A stretch of 64,000 nt of DNA. Origin: Lama guanicoe. Lineage: Eukaryota. This document shows, piece by piece, positions 12,837 through 25,764 of this stretch. The position numbers and the translations under genes were made by a program. The notes under the pieces were generated by a model, which was not told the origin of the DNA, ran no database searches, and worked only from the letters and a program-made list of their open reading frames with translations. The stretch is from positions 2,496,283 through 2,560,282 of the forward strand of contig MU053561.1 in NCBI GenBank assembly GCA_013239625.1. The letters are read 5' to 3'. Each line of letters opens with the position of its first letter. The first letter of the stretch is position 1.

Positions 12837-15379
12837 AATAAATAAAAAACACCCAATACCAGAATGTAGCACAAACTGAAAAGTGAAAGTACAGGCAAAA
12901 GTGTTTCTGGAGCTCAAATGTGGAGCTCTGAAGTGACAGGGAAAGTTCAAGGAGTTGGTGTGGGGCAGCTTAGCAGAGAAGGAAGGGCAGGTCTGGAACA
13001 ATAAAGGTGGAAGAATTCTGAAGGCAAAATTGGAAAAGGCCAAGAAGTTTGCTTGGCAATGTTTAGGTACAACTAAAAGGCCCATTTTATGGATCTATTA
13101 AGGAATCCAGATTTTATTCTCTGGAGATTGGGAACTACTGAAGCTTTCAGAATGAAAGACTGTTTTGTATGATATTTGTACAATTAATTTGGAAAAACTG
13201 CGTAGAATCAATTGAGAAAAAAATGGAGGGTAGGAATCATTGAGACTATTCTAATACTTGAGGTAAAGGTGATAAAGTCTTTATCGTCCTAAAATTCTAC
13301 ACAGTAAGGTGTTGGCGGTGGAGATGGAAAGAAATTGGTACCCGCCTGGATATGGAAAAAGAGAAAGGAGGCCAGGAGCACTATAGGGTTTCAAGCTGGA
13401 GGGAAAAGAGAATGATGACATCTTTGAGACAATAAAACAGGACAATTCAGAGCACAGTTTAATGAACAAAGACGTTCAATGAAGTTTAAGACACGTGGGG
13501 CTTTAGGTGATGGGGCCATATCTGGGCGCAGGTTTATAACAGATGGTTGTGATCAAAGCTCAGGAGAGACATCAGTACTGAAAGTGTGAACCTGAGAACC
13601 ACCTGCATAAGCAGAAAAAGTAGGGCATAAAGTGGACAAAGGGGAACCAGTGAGGAAGGAGAATGTGAGAAGCAGTCCAAGGAATCAAAAGGCCAGGAGA
13701 GCAGAGTATTTCAGAAGGCAAGGGGGAGACAGGTGTTAAGGACAAGAAAGTACATGACAATGGTAAATACTAAAGAGACTGCAGTGAAAAAAGGCCAGTG
13801 ACATGGTCATTCGTGGTCTACAAGAGAAAAGTTTCAATAGGAAAGAGGAGTTAGTTTATTTAGGGGAGGAAAAAAAATGGGTGGTGATGGTGATACTGGG
13901 AGACGGTGATGAAAGCAGAAAGTGAGACCACTCTTTTGAGAAATGTAGTGGTGAGAGCCACAAAGGTAAGCTAAAAGGCAGTCTAGTCAAGGGAGGATTT
14001 GGTAGAACATGCTAGTCAGGGACTGACTGAAAAAACAGCAAGGTTTTGAGAAGAAAGGAAAAGTTGGAATAAAATGCAAAGGTCATGTAGGGTCACCTTG
14101 GAAGAGAAGAAAAGCAGTCAGGAGAGGGATGAGGAGGTGTGATGAATCACAGATTTGTTTTTAAGTAAAAAGTCGGGGGAGTTGCTTTTCTCACTCAATT
14201 AGAGGCAGTTAGCTGCTGAATATATAAGGGATTCAATAAGAAGCTGGGAAAGGAAAGGGTAGAGGTAGTTGGGGTAGAATCTTAATGGTATCATAAGACA
14301 GAGTTCAAATCTTGATGTGTTACCTTGGACTGGCCACCAACCTTGAGACTTTCCTCATAGAGTTGTTAAAAGATTAAATGAGATAATGTGCATGTAAATT
14401 ATACAACACTTCTTAAACAAGAGAAGCTTGGAACATCTGCTATGGGAAATTTGATAAAGCATGAATAAGAGATGAAGCGAAGCATCACCAGGCATCAGGG
14501 AGGGCTGAGGTAGAGTTCAGAGCAAGAATATATAGCAAACCCAAGTCTGCAGTTTTTGTGACATACTCCAGTATCCTGGAGTGGAGAGAGCGGATTCTGA
14601 GTCAGCAGGCACACAGAAGGACAAAAAGCTGAAGAAAACTAGGTAAGGACTATTTTAAGACCTCAGTAGGCATGCTTACTTTGGGAAATTACAAGTAATT
14701 TACACATAAAAGTGGCATTTGACTCACTGACATGTTATATTTTAGAAATGGCCAACCATTTCAATTTCCTATTTTATAGTTTTCTTTTCATAGTTTGGAG
14801 TCGACAAGTTTTTGTTTCAGATTCCATATTTTTTAAAGCTGAGGCTCTAGGCACTGTGCCTATAGCATAAAATGGATATTGAGGACATCAATGAGACAGC
14901 GGCCCGTTGGGTCAAATCAAGCAGGGGAGGTAAAGAACAAAGCAACCAGTGAGGTACTCAGATAGGCTAGACGGGCTTAAGCGGCTGGAGATACGAGTAC
15001 AAGTGGAGAGTAAGGAGCCAGAGTGTTACCATTTCTGGAGATGCAGGTGTAGCCAATAGAGGAGATCCCAGGTGTAGGCAACAGAGGAGACCTCAGGTGT
15101 AGCAGAGCCCTCGTGCGGCCCAATCAGGAGACTCCACCTAAGGACACTTAAAGGAGACAAAGAAATTGTGAAGTTAAGGGTGCCTGATGTATCGTTCATC
15201 CTGCCACTAGTTTGTGAGCCCACAAAGGGCTTTTCCCTCTTTGACAGCCTCCACTAACCCATTGTGACCAGTCACAGGCCCTCCTTGATTGATTAAAAAC
15301 AGCGGGACAAGCTTGCCCCGTTTCTCTTACACAAACTGTAGAATTCTGGATGACAAACAACCCCTTAGTCTGGACGGGT

Positions 15380-16460
15380 GAAACATCGGCTTCTCCAGCC
15401 CCAGGGAACGAGGAGTCGCGCTCCCGGGCGCTGGGAGAGCGCACGCAGCGCTAGACCTCGGTCCAACGGTCTCCCTGAAGGGCCCTTCGCCCCGGAAAAG
15501 GCCAGGAGCCGGCGAGCCGCTTCTAGGAGCTCCTGTAACCGGCACGCTAGGCCTCAGGGGCTCCCGAACTAAAATAAGCTGGGAGGCCCAGAGGGGAACT
15601 TGCAGGCTCTCAGCAGCGTGGAGAAACGCCGACACCGCGCCCCGCTCCGGGGAAACAACGAAAGCGCCTCCCCTTTCAACTCCCAGCAAGCCCTGGGCGG
15701 TGCTCGGGGCTAACTGACAGCGCCACTCACCAATGGGAGGGCCTAGGCTGGGTTCATGGGACCAATCAGAGGGCGCAAGGGAGGCGTGCCCCTGGCACAT
15801 CAGCGCGGCTTCTTAAGTGGTCCTTTGGCCTGTCTGGTCGCCACAGCTATGAAGAGAGGGCTACTCGCCGTAAAATGGTGACGCTGGCTACACTATGCCG
15901 CTCACTCCCGGTCTTACTCTTTTCCTCCTCCGAGGCCCAAGCCCTCAGGTCACCCCTCCCCGGAGAGTACAGGCGAAGATGTGGAATTTCCAAAGCTTAT
16001 TGGACGCCGGTGGTGTCGCTCTGGGGGGCCGCCGGGCCCGTAGCGGCAAGCACCGCCCCTTTCGGGCGGTGATTGGGCTCGCCTGAGTAGACCCAGGCTG
16101 GGATTGGTGCGAGGAAGGGCCAGAGCCTTCGGGCACCTTGGACCGGAGCGTGGGGAGGCGGTGGCAGCCGAGGAGCCGGCGGGGGCTCGCAGCTCCCTCA
16201 CCCGCCTCGTGCCTTCTGCGGAGGGCCCGGTGGAGGGAAGGAGCGAGCGGCCTCCCTACCGCATCACGCGGGGGGCGAGGGTGGCACTTGTCGCGTGTTG
16301 GGCGCGGAACCAGTGGGGTGGGCGGCGGGAGGGGGGTGGTAGCGGAGGGCGTTAGAGGTGCAGAGATCCAAGAGTCGGCAGGACTAGCTGGAGACCTAGA
16401 CCTGGAAGCGCTTCTGGGGAGGAGGACGTAGGGGGGCATAGGAGGGCGTGGGCGTGTCTG
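15380..16460 (+). promoter_or_regulatory. CpG-island promoter of TRIM45 with paired CCAAT boxes and GC boxes
   Basis: High GC and CpG density just upstream of the TRIM45 ATG. CCAAT at 15730 and 15762, ATTGG at 16072 and 16103, GGGCGG boxes. Confidence 0.8.
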
Positions 16461-16679
16461 GTATGGGATGCCAGGCGGAGGAGGGGGCCCTGCTGAACAG
16501 ATCTGTGGGTGGATACTTTGAGGAATCCTCTTCCTTTTTTCCCTTTGATTTGCCTAAGAGAGAGTCCCCATGGTCTCTGTTCAAGTTTCGGAAACCTCTT
16601 TGGGTGGGCCTAATCACCTACTACTTCTTTATAGAACTGCCCAGGGCCTTTTCTGATACTGAGCACAAACGTGGGGAAT

Positions 16680-17167
16680 ATGGCAGAAAACAGGAAGCCG
16701 CTGCTGGGCTTCGTGGGCAAACTCCCCAGTGGGACCACACTTGGGAACTCAGGCAAGATTCACTGTCCTTTGTGCATGGGGCTTTTCAAAGCCCCCAGGC
16801 TCCTGCCTTGTTTGCACACAGTTTGCACCACCTGTCTGGAGCAGCTGGAACCCTTCTCAGTAGTGGACATCCGAGGGGGAGAGTCTGACACAAGCTCTGA
16901 GGGGTCACTATTCCAGGAACTCAAGCCGCGCACTCTGCAGCCGCAGATCGGCATTCTCTGTCCGGTATGTGATGCTCATGTGGACCTGCCCATGGGTGGA
17001 GTGAAGGCTTTAACCATAGACCACCTGGCCATGAATGATGTGATGCTGGAGAGTCTGCGTGGGGAAGGCCAGGGCCTGGTGTGTGACCTGTGCAGCGACA
17101 GGGAAGTGGAGAAGAGGTGTCAGACCTGCAAAGCCAATCTCTGCCACTTCTGCTGCCAGGCTCATAG
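16680..17167 (+). CDS. TRIM45: TRIM45 coding exon 1 (RING finger, B-box 1)
   Basis: ATG 16680 in strong context (aatATGG). CPLC...CLHTVCTTC...CPVC. Donor AG|gtaaag. Confidence 0.96.
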
Positions 17168-20100
17168 GTAAAGATGGGTTACCCCACCTGGTGTGGCTTA
17201 AGAGCGGAGTACAAAGAGGTGTCAGATGGAAAGGAAAGCTCAAATGCCTTGGGAGGTCAGAGGGCAATATACGATGTGACAACAGATCCTCCAGAACAGT
17301 AGTTAACTCCCGCAGCCTCTATATAATACCCGTGGTAACAGTAACATCCAGGGTTTGCAGAGTCCTTTTCAGTTTACAATTTGCATTCAGCTACCTTGGC
17401 TCATCAGTCATTTGTATAGTGAATAATTGTACTAGGTGCTATAGAAAGAGAATGAATATAATAGCATAGCCCCTGCCCTTGATATCATTTGATCCTTGTA
17501 ACTCATAGAAAGGCAGGCACCATTTTCACTCCTATTTATTATCTGAAGCTCAGCAATATGATTTGCCAAGGGTCCCATAGGTGGTAAGTAGTGTGTAACA
17601 GAACTGAATTAGAAATCCAGATCTTCTAACTGCTTCCTGTGCTCTTTCTACTAATCTGTGCTGCCTTCCCAGTATAAGGTGCTGATTGGTGGGGCCCCAC
17701 CTCAGCCTTTGCCATGTACCCTGGAGTTACTCCGGAACTTGGGGAGGTGGGCTGGTGGGTGCTCATTGGGATACAGATAAGTCTTTTATGGTGTTTGGTG
17801 AACAGTTTGTCACATGAATCACTTTGTCCCTTTTCGCCCCCTTCCCCTATTCCAGGACATCCCAGTGTAAAATGGCCAAGGTTTTAGGATTAGCCTAAAA
17901 TAGTTTTAAAGTCCTGCTTTCCATGTGTTCTCTGGCCTCACCAACGGGACAAGTTAGTAGCCTTCAGTCTATTTTTAACTTGTAATGATGACTACCTTGC
18001 TTTCAGCTAAACAGCTGACCCTATTTCATCTACAGCCACCCTTCTGGTGTCAAAATAGGCATGTCAGCCTCACGTCGATATAATGCTAACAGGGAAACTG
18101 AACCGTCACTGTGGGTTCCTCAGGATTTCCCTGGATCTCTAGAGGGCTACAGAAAATTAAAAGAGCTTTGATTTCTATTGACCACTGATTTTACTCTTTC
18201 TAATAATGCTGACTCGAAAATCCTTAGCTTGCTGGGTTGGGTGATGTGGGCACTGGTCAAAGGAAATGCTTTCCCAAGGTCTTACATGAAAGGTGAGGGA
18301 GACTTTCTGTTGCGGCCAGCCAGCTGCTTTTTAGTTGTCTGAGGTTGACTGCTGTGCCCTCTGGCACAGTTTTTGTCTCTTGCTGCGGGGGTCTCCACCT
18401 GTGCTCTCCCCTCTGGCTGGCTGTGGGAGTAGGCTATGGCTCTTGACAAATTAACTCTTCGGGGCAAGTTCCAGGATGTAGCCTTAGCATTGCAACCTCT
18501 TGCAAAGTCATATGCCAAGTCAGGGAGCCCTAGCCTACTGTCATTCAATGCTATACAACAGCCCTTCCAGGTAGGTGTTACCCCCACGGTTTAGAGGAGG
18601 AGCTGGACTCAGAGATGGTCATGTGGTTTGTAGGAGGTTCGAGCAAGGATATGAAGTCAGATTTATCTGACTTCAGAGCCCAGGCTTTTAAAAGTGCCCA
18701 ACTGTTTCCCAACTAGAGTTGTCCCCTAATTTCCCGTTCCTGGCTCTGTTGGCCCCTAGGCGGCAGAAGAAAACGACTTACCACACCATGGTGGACCTCA
18801 AGGACTTGAAAGGCTGCAGCCGGATTGGGAAACCCATCCTGTGTCCTGCTCACCCTGCGGAGGAGCTGAGGCTGTTCTGTGAGCTCTGCGACCAGCCGGT
18901 GTGCCGGGACTGCGTGGTCGGGGAGCACCGGGAGCACCCGTGCGACTTCACCAGCAACGTCATCCACAAGCACGGGGACACTGTACGTGAGCTCCTCAAA
19001 GGCACCCAGCCCCACGTGCAGGCCCTGGAGGAGGCCCTGGCCCAGATCAAGGGGACAAACAGTGCCCTGCAGGCGCGGGTGGAGGCTGTGGCCAACGACG
19101 TCCGAAGCTTCTCTGAGGGTTACATCAAGGCCATTGAGGAGCATCGGGACAAGCTGCTGCAGCAGCTGGAAGACATACGGGTCCAGAAGGAAAACTCCCT
19201 GCAGCTGCAGAAGGCACAGCTGGAGCAGCTGCTGGAAGACATGCGGACTGGAGTGGAGTTCACCGAGCACTTGCTGACCAGTGGCTCGGACTTGGAGATC
19301 CTCATCACCAAGGGGGTGGTCATGGAACGGCTCACAAAGCTGAACAAAGTGGAATATAGTGCCCATCCCGGGGTGACCGAGAAGATTGCCTTCTCTCCTA
19401 AAGAGAAAGCAGGCCTGTGCCGGGGCTATGAAGTCTATGGGGCCATCAGTACCAAAGAGGTTGATCCAGCCAAGTGTGTTCTTCAAGGAGAAGGTAGGGA
19501 GGCATTTCCCATTGGCATCAAGAGGGCAGTAGACAGGGACATGGTGTTAAAGACAGGTGGCTTTTTCTGATTTGTTCTGGTCGGGATCCAGTTAAGATCC
19601 CAATCACGGGTGATGCTTGACCTTTTTCCCGTTGAGAAAAGTAGCAACAACCAAGGAGCTCCGGGACCGTGCTTTCTCTCCAATGACAGAACAGGCAGTG
19701 CCCGTGGGAGGTAACGGCACAGGCTGGCGGCAGGGCGAGGTCCTGCCTGTTCAGAGAGGGTGGCTGGGGCCAAGTTTTGAAGAGAGTTTCAGAGAGGTGA
19801 GGAAGACAAGATGGTGGTTTACTTTCTTCTGTGCCCTTCCGGGTTCATGTAAGCCACATATGGGCATTTAAAAAAATATGGCAGGCATTTCACTCAGTAG
19901 GGGGAAAAGACAATTTCTTTTGATCACCTCTTCCTAAAGGAAGCATGTTATTCCAACATGTATGTCACAGATCAGTCCTGACAGGACGATTGTATCCTAG
20001 GGTCATCCTGACGCTGGCTCAGGAATTCTTAACTGTTTGGAGGTCACAGGTCCCCCGCTGAGAATGATCTCTCCCTGAGAAATACCCACGAATTTGGGCA

Positions 20101-23100
20101 TACTATGTCAGGAGATTCTTAGAGCCTTCATAAGACCTCACAGTAGTTCCCCAACCCCAGGTTAAGAAGCCTGTTTCATCTGACTTCTGGACCAGAGGCT
20201 GTAGCTACTGAATATTCCCCCAGCACCTTGACACAGTGACCAGGTTGTGGAGAACCTCACAGCATGAAGAATCCAAGCTGGTCAGCTGTTCCCCCACCTT
20301 TTTCAGCACTATTGGCAGTTATGGGCTTACCAGCCTCTCACGGTTTTTTTCTAGAGATTTTTTTTTTCTCTGAATACATACATCAAGCCTGAGTGTTTTC
20401 AACACTTCCTTAAGGCTGAAATTAAGGTCCAGGATCCTTATGTGCTCCAAGAGCAGATGCTGGCTGAGAGAGAACCAGGCTTACCAGGATGGACTCCCAA
20501 AAGTGTGCGCTGGGAGACAGATGGGGAGAGAAAAGGAGGAGGAAACAGGAAGCACAACCTTTTGTTCTAAAGAGAAAACACAGGGCGGTGTCTGATCCGG
20601 GGATGTAGTCACTGCAGTCGGCCTTTGAGGTGGGTTCTGAGTGCTTATCTCCTGCAGATCTCTACAGAGCCCGCGAGAAACAGACCGCCTCTTTCACCCT
20701 GCTTTGTAAGGATGCAGCAGGAGAGAACATGGGCAAGGGAGGAGACAACATCCAAGTCGCGGTAGTCCCTAAAGATAAGAAAGACAGGTTTGTATTATAC
20801 AGTCAGGCACGTGGGTAATGAGCGGTGACGGAACTGGAAACTTGAAGTCCTCTGTAGTGATGAAGCTCTAACTGCAGTAGTTACAGCCCACCCTACCCCC
20901 ATGATGCTGCTAAAAAGGCAAAAGGACCAGTTGGACCAGATGAGTTTTCCTGTATGGGTCTTATGTCTGGAGTTAGTTCTGTTCCAGAGTTCTGATCTGC
21001 CCTTCAGACTGTCTTCATCCCAAGCTTTGAACAGACTGAAACAAACTCTGTGTTGGACTGAATGGTGCCCTTCTTAAAATTCAGTCCCACTTTGCTACTA
21101 AATTGTGCTGGGAGCAAAGTTATGTCTCTGGAATTAGAGGAGGGAGGAGAGAGGCCAAAGAGTAGGAAGTCGGTTGGAGAGAACATAACATTTTCAAGAA
21201 ATTCATCTGAACATCAGATTCAATCATTATGTATGTTGCTTACCTTCTGTTGTAAAAATCAATCTCAGAGACAAGTGGAAGCAGCATCCTGCTCGGGGGA
21301 CGTTTAAAATTAATACTGAGGGGGAAGAGTGGTAGAGCAGTGGTAGAGCGCATGCTTAGCATGCATGAGGTCCTGGGTTCAACCCCTAGTACCTTCATTA
21401 AAAATAAATTAATTAAATTAAATTAATATTGAATTTATGGTATAGTGTACATCTTAAGATAGCGGGCAGCTGAAGCAGGCTTGTGAATGAGTGGCGTTTG
21501 AACTCTCCCCTCTGTTCAGTCCAGTCAAGACGATGGTCCACGATAACAAGGACGGGACATACTGCGTGTCCTACACCCCCAAGGACCCTGGTGTCTACAC
21601 TGTGTGGGTGTGTGTCAAGGAGCGGCACGTGCAGGTGAGGGCGACCCAGCCTATGCTTCCCTGACCTCCTTCACCCTAGCCCGCCGGCTTCTGTCATCTT
21701 AGGGTGTGGAGACATTCCTCACTGGACCAGCTGTATAGAGGGACTGAACAGGGTTCTCTCCTTCCTTGCTTCTCTTCACTTTAGAAATGGCCCAGATGTG
21801 GCAACTCTTATTCTCACTAGAAGATGTTAGTGAACTCTCTAGACCCAATTTGGCTCCTAGCAGTTATGCTTGGCTTGTATGTTATCCTTATCCCAGTTGG
21901 TTTGTTGGAATTCCTAATTTGGGAAAGATGCCTTGGTCACAGGGGCAAACTACAGCAGACAAGTATATACACTCAAGAAATATAATCCAGGATTTTCCAG
22001 TGTTGTTCAGACTATGACCAGACACAGACTTACTGGAACACAACTGGGAGAGTTATGCCCTCTCCTCTCAACTGACCAGTCCTCTCTCTGCCTAACCACA
22101 TGCCCATGTAATTCTCTACTCTGTTTACATATATGTGCTTATCATGGTTACTACCACCTCCACAGACAAGCGTAATATTTTCTAGCCTAGAGATTATGCA
22201 TTTTTTTTAATTGGGTAATACTGAGCATGTCCAACAGAATCTCTGTTGACATTCGAGCTGTCAGTGGTTTCCCCCAGTCGGAGGTCAACACTGACAAGGG
22301 CAACAAGACACTGTAGGGCGTCGTGGTGTGTTAAGCTTGTGGTCTGGGCACTAGGAAGATTCATAGTAGCCACTTACCGCTTGCCTAATTACAGGGTACT
22401 GGCGCGGGTTAGGTGTTTTTGCAAACACTATTTCACTTTTCTTCCCAACCACTCACGTATAAAGGTCATCGTCCAGTTAAACCAAGAAGGCAAACTTGCA
22501 CAATACACAGAACCTCGGCAGGAAAATCAGAATTGGAACCCACTTCTTTGAACTCCAAGTTGTTCTTAAAACAGATTGTAAACTCTTTAAAGGAAGAGAG
22601 ATTTAACATCTGGAACGCTTCTAAGGTGCGAGCCTCTCTCCTTTTGTAGACTGCGTGGTTCTCACATAGTGATAGGCACACAGCAATGCTTATTAAATAT
22701 CTACTGTTTAGCGTAGGTGGAAACTGGAGAGTAGAAGTTGTCCTTGAAGGAAAGGAGGCAAGTAGGGGAGTTTCTAATGTAAGAATTAGTAACACACACT
22801 CTTAACCTTCCCCGCCCCATGTGGCTTCACTGTCCTGGAATGAGTAGATGGGTAAATAGTTACTCCAGAATGGAGAGGAGCTGGCTCAGTCATTGAGGGC
22901 GGGTGGGGAAGTGTGTGGCTGAGCAACTAGAGAAAGGACCACTGATATCCTAGCCTTGCGGTCATGTGCTCCTCAATTAGCGACATTGCTCAGGAGTGGA
23001 GAAGACAGAGACCGAAGTCGATGACGTGAAAACACAGTTGGGTTTACTAGTGTGGCAGGTGGTCTGCGCGCTAGGAGGGCAGCACGGGTTCCTCGATGCC

Positions 23101-24526
23101 CCCCTCACTGCATTTGTATCTGGCTCCATCCAGCTGAGCGCCCAGCTGCTCGGTGTCCCATGGTCACTGCTTCCCTCCTACTGTCCTTGCCCCTCCCCAA
23201 AGGCAGACGCGGTGACTTACACTCCGTTTAGTACATGTGATGCTCAGCACATCCCTGTCGACTCATAAGATGCCATTCTTTGCTCTTGGTCTGAACACTG
23301 AAGGGCTCGCCATTCACCGTGACCGTGAGGAAAAGGCACCGCTCACACCCAGGCGTCTTTCACTGCTGCACGTTCTGCTCCAGCGGAGGCCAGAAGACTG
23401 CTCGCTGCGCGTGCGGAGGCACCATGCCAGGTGAGGAGAACCAGTTGCTCTTGAAAGTCCTCCCTCACCCTCTGTGCGTCTCCCAGCAGTGGGAATCAGC
23501 CACCACACCGCCACCAGGTCCGGGATGTTGACTCAGGCTTTCCCTTTAGGAATGTGGTCTGTGCATTTAAACGTATCAAGCATCTTTGTTCCGAAAATTG
23601 AAGTAGCAAACTTAAAAAGTCTGAGTTCTTTTAGTTTTGATACAGTTAACCAAACCTAGGAGCCCTGTGCTCCTCCTTGGGACACTAGATTTCAATCTGT
23701 ACCCTTTCCAGCAGCCAGAGTGGTGGGGAAGATGTAAACCCATCCTGTTCCTTTTAAAACCTTAGACATGCTATTATAAAAATGATGATGATGATGATGA
23801 TGCTATAAGTAATAAACAGGAGCTTTATTGTGAAAAAATGATAAAATAAAACCTTAGAGAAATTCCAAATGAAGCAGGGTGAATAAACCAACTAAATCAG
23901 GTCTGGTTTTGGGGGGGGGTTGGCAGGGAAGGCGAGTGAGCAGGAGGGTCAGCTCAAGCAAGAAATCTGTTTTTTCTTTAAGTATTCTGTAGTGCTCTTA
24001 CTCTAATGGTGGGCCTTAAGATAGGCTTTTGCAAACTTTCATATAAACACTTCAGGATCTACTTTCTTTATTTCCACCACTCTGCCCTTCCCTTTTGCTT
24101 AATTATGTTATAGTTAAAATCCAAACCAGTCGGTCTCCTTGAGTTAGCAGACTGTTAAAATAACACTGCTCTTAGGACTGAGCTAACCTCAGTTGATTTG
24201 CTGTCATCAGTTTTGAGAATCCTCCTGACTACAGAGGCATCTGAAATCTCTTTCCTCTTGCCAGGTTTCCATTTAGATGTTTTCACGTCCCCTGAATCTG
24301 AATGTTGCCATGAGTTTAATTTCCATGGGAACCGCTGGACTTCCCTCTAATGGTGGTTTTCTCTTTGTACCACGCAGGTGGGTACCTAGGCTGTGGCCAC
24401 GGACACAAAGGCCATCCAGGTCGTCCCCACTGGTCTTGCTGTGGGAAGTTTACGGAGAAGTCTGAATGCACGTGGGCAGGTGGGCAGAGTGCACCGAGGA
24501 GTCTACTGAGGACGGTGGCGCTCTGA
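16680..24526 (+). CDS. TRIM45: Tripartite motif-containing protein 45 (E3 ubiquitin ligase), complete, 6 coding exons, 580 aa
   Basis: join(16680-17167,18760-19493,20658-20787,21520-21634,23304-23430,24378-24526)=1743 nt, all GT-AG, open frame. MAENRKPLLGFVGKL...RSLLRTVAL*. RING, two B-boxes, coiled coil, filamin repeat. Confidence 0.97.
18760..19493 (+). CDS. TRIM45: TRIM45 coding exon 2 (B-box 2, coiled coil)
   Basis: Acceptor cccctag|G. RQKKTTYHTMVDL...CPAHPAEELRLFCELCDQPVCRDC...KCVLQGE. Donor G|gtaggg. Confidence 0.96.
20020..20173. mobile_element. Short hAT-Charlie-type MITE
   Basis: Terminal inverted repeats caggaattcttaac ... gttaagaagcctg. Family uncertain. Confidence 0.5.
20658..20787 (+). 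CDS. TRIM45: TRIM45 coding exon 3 (filamin repeat)
   Basis: Acceptor cctgcag|AT. DLYRAREKQTASFTLLCKDAAGENMGKGGDNIQVAVVPKDKKD. Donor AG|gtttgt. Confidence 0.95.
21320..21419 (+). mobile_element. tRNA-derived camelid-type SINE (short-tail form)
   Basis: cagtggtagagcgcatgcttagcatgcatgaggtcctgggttcaacccc. TSD aaattaatactga/aaattaatattga. Confidence 0.88.
21520..21634 (+). CDS. TRIM45: TRIM45 coding exon 4 (filamin repeat)
   Basis: Acceptor tgttcag|T. SPVKTMVHDNKDGTYCVSYTPKDPGVYTVWVCVKERHVQ. Donor CAG|gtgagg. Confidence 0.95.
23304..23430 (+). CDS. TRIM45: TRIM45 coding exon 5
   Basis: Acceptor ctgaag|GGC. GSPFTVTVRKRHRSHPGVFHCCTFCSSGGQKTARCACGGTMP. Donor G|gtgagg. Confidence 0.94.
24378..24526 (+). 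CDS. TRIM45: TRIM45 last coding exon
   Basis: Acceptor cacgcag|GT. GGYLGCGHGHKGHPGRPHWSCCGKFTEKSECTWAGGQSAPRSLLRTVAL, TGA at 24524-24526. Confidence 0.95.
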
Positions 24527-25384
24527 CGGCTTCCTGGGTACGTGGTCACAGCTGCCGCCCGCGTGACTTCAGATTGTCAGAGGACCCCGACCTTAATTCC
24601 GCAGAAACCGATAGAATTAAATTAAAGCGCCTTATGTTATACCCTCGAGTTCAAGTACTTTTTGTGAGTTACTCAGGATCGTATGTGCAGATGGTTGAGC
24701 ACCAGAGAACGCACTACGCTCCTCTTCCGGACGGGGTGGCAGTGTCCTTTCTCTACCAGGGAGGCTCCCTTGGCTTTGAACAGGCATGGCGGTTCCTGTG
24801 CTGTTGATCACGGGGGTCATTTAGTTCCTTACTTTTTAGTATATAACTCTTTAATTTCTCCCTGAGCTGCATGGTATTTATTTCCCTCAGAGAGTAAAAA
24901 CCTCCTTGGATCGTATCCACTTTTTGCTAGCACACTTTAAACGGATTATAATGTGATATTGCTGTTAGGGTGGAGGTCCTCCACGTCCCCTCTATGCCAC
25001 GTTCATCACCTACTCCCAGAGCCTAGAAGATTTACTCTGTGGTCAAGGGCACACACACAGTCAGTTAAGTAAAGGGGAATGCTGTTGACACAGAACCTCA
25101 TACATTTCTTGCAGATGGTACTCATGCCAAGTGATCCAGATACCATGGTCTTCCTCAGTCTCTCAACGCTCTGCCTTTTAGAGAATCGTCTTCACTTTTG
25201 TCTGTAGACCTAGGAAATTAACTAGGAGCTTTGATTCCTGTGATGTGCCTGCTTAGCTGATGAGAATTCTTGGGAGAGGGAGTATACAGCCCTGATGCCC
25301 CAGCCCTGCCAAGGTCGTCACTGCATGCAGTTTGTGTGTTCTTCTGGGCCTCTTGACTTTTTATATAGCAAAAACGCAGCATGT

Positions 25385-25394
25385 ATTAAATAAA
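25385..25394 (+). terminator. Candidate TRIM45 polyadenylation signal (overlapping ATTAAA/AATAAA)
   Basis: tgtATTAAATAAAattc about 860 nt after the stop, with TGTA immediately upstream. Confidence 0.5.
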
Positions 25395-25764
25395 ATTCTT
25401 GGACTCTGCATTGTAAGATCCATTAAGAAGTGATTCAGTTGAGTGGTGAGCTGGCTTAGGCAAAGGAAGTGAAATAATTAGACGAAACACGTTGTCAGGT
25501 CAACGTGGAGTACATTTCCTCCTTAAGTCTGACAGCTGTGAGATACATCAGAGCTGTAAATACTAAGATAGTCACTGCAGTCTCACCTTTTCTGGAAAGA
25601 GTCCCTCCAGCCCTCCCTCTGACCAAAATCTGATCTTCCCGGAAGACACTGATGGCCCCGAAACCCTCTCAAATTATTAGCGATTTGCTCTTCCTCACTC
25701 CTTATAACCACGGGGCCCTGAGGTCGGGTGGGTGTCCTTCAGCTAAACACTGCTGCTTTACGAT

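Noticed and set aside
1..15000. Exons of the expected neighbour VTCN1 or another gene
   Set aside because: No Ig-domain or other coding exons seen. The ORFs here are repeat-derived or random.
15327..16439. Several overlapping 60-164 aa ORFs in the CpG island
   Set aside because: Expected from stop-codon scarcity in GC-rich DNA. Pro/Arg/Gly-rich with no recognisable domain.
16671..16679. In-frame GTG start giving an MGN extension of TRIM45
   Set aside because: Artefact of alternative start codons in the ORF caller. ATG 16680 has a strong context and matches the known N-terminus.
18713..19486. 257-aa antisense ORF over TRIM45 exon 2
   Set aside because: Shadow ORF of a GC3-rich coiled-coil exon, with no independent evidence.
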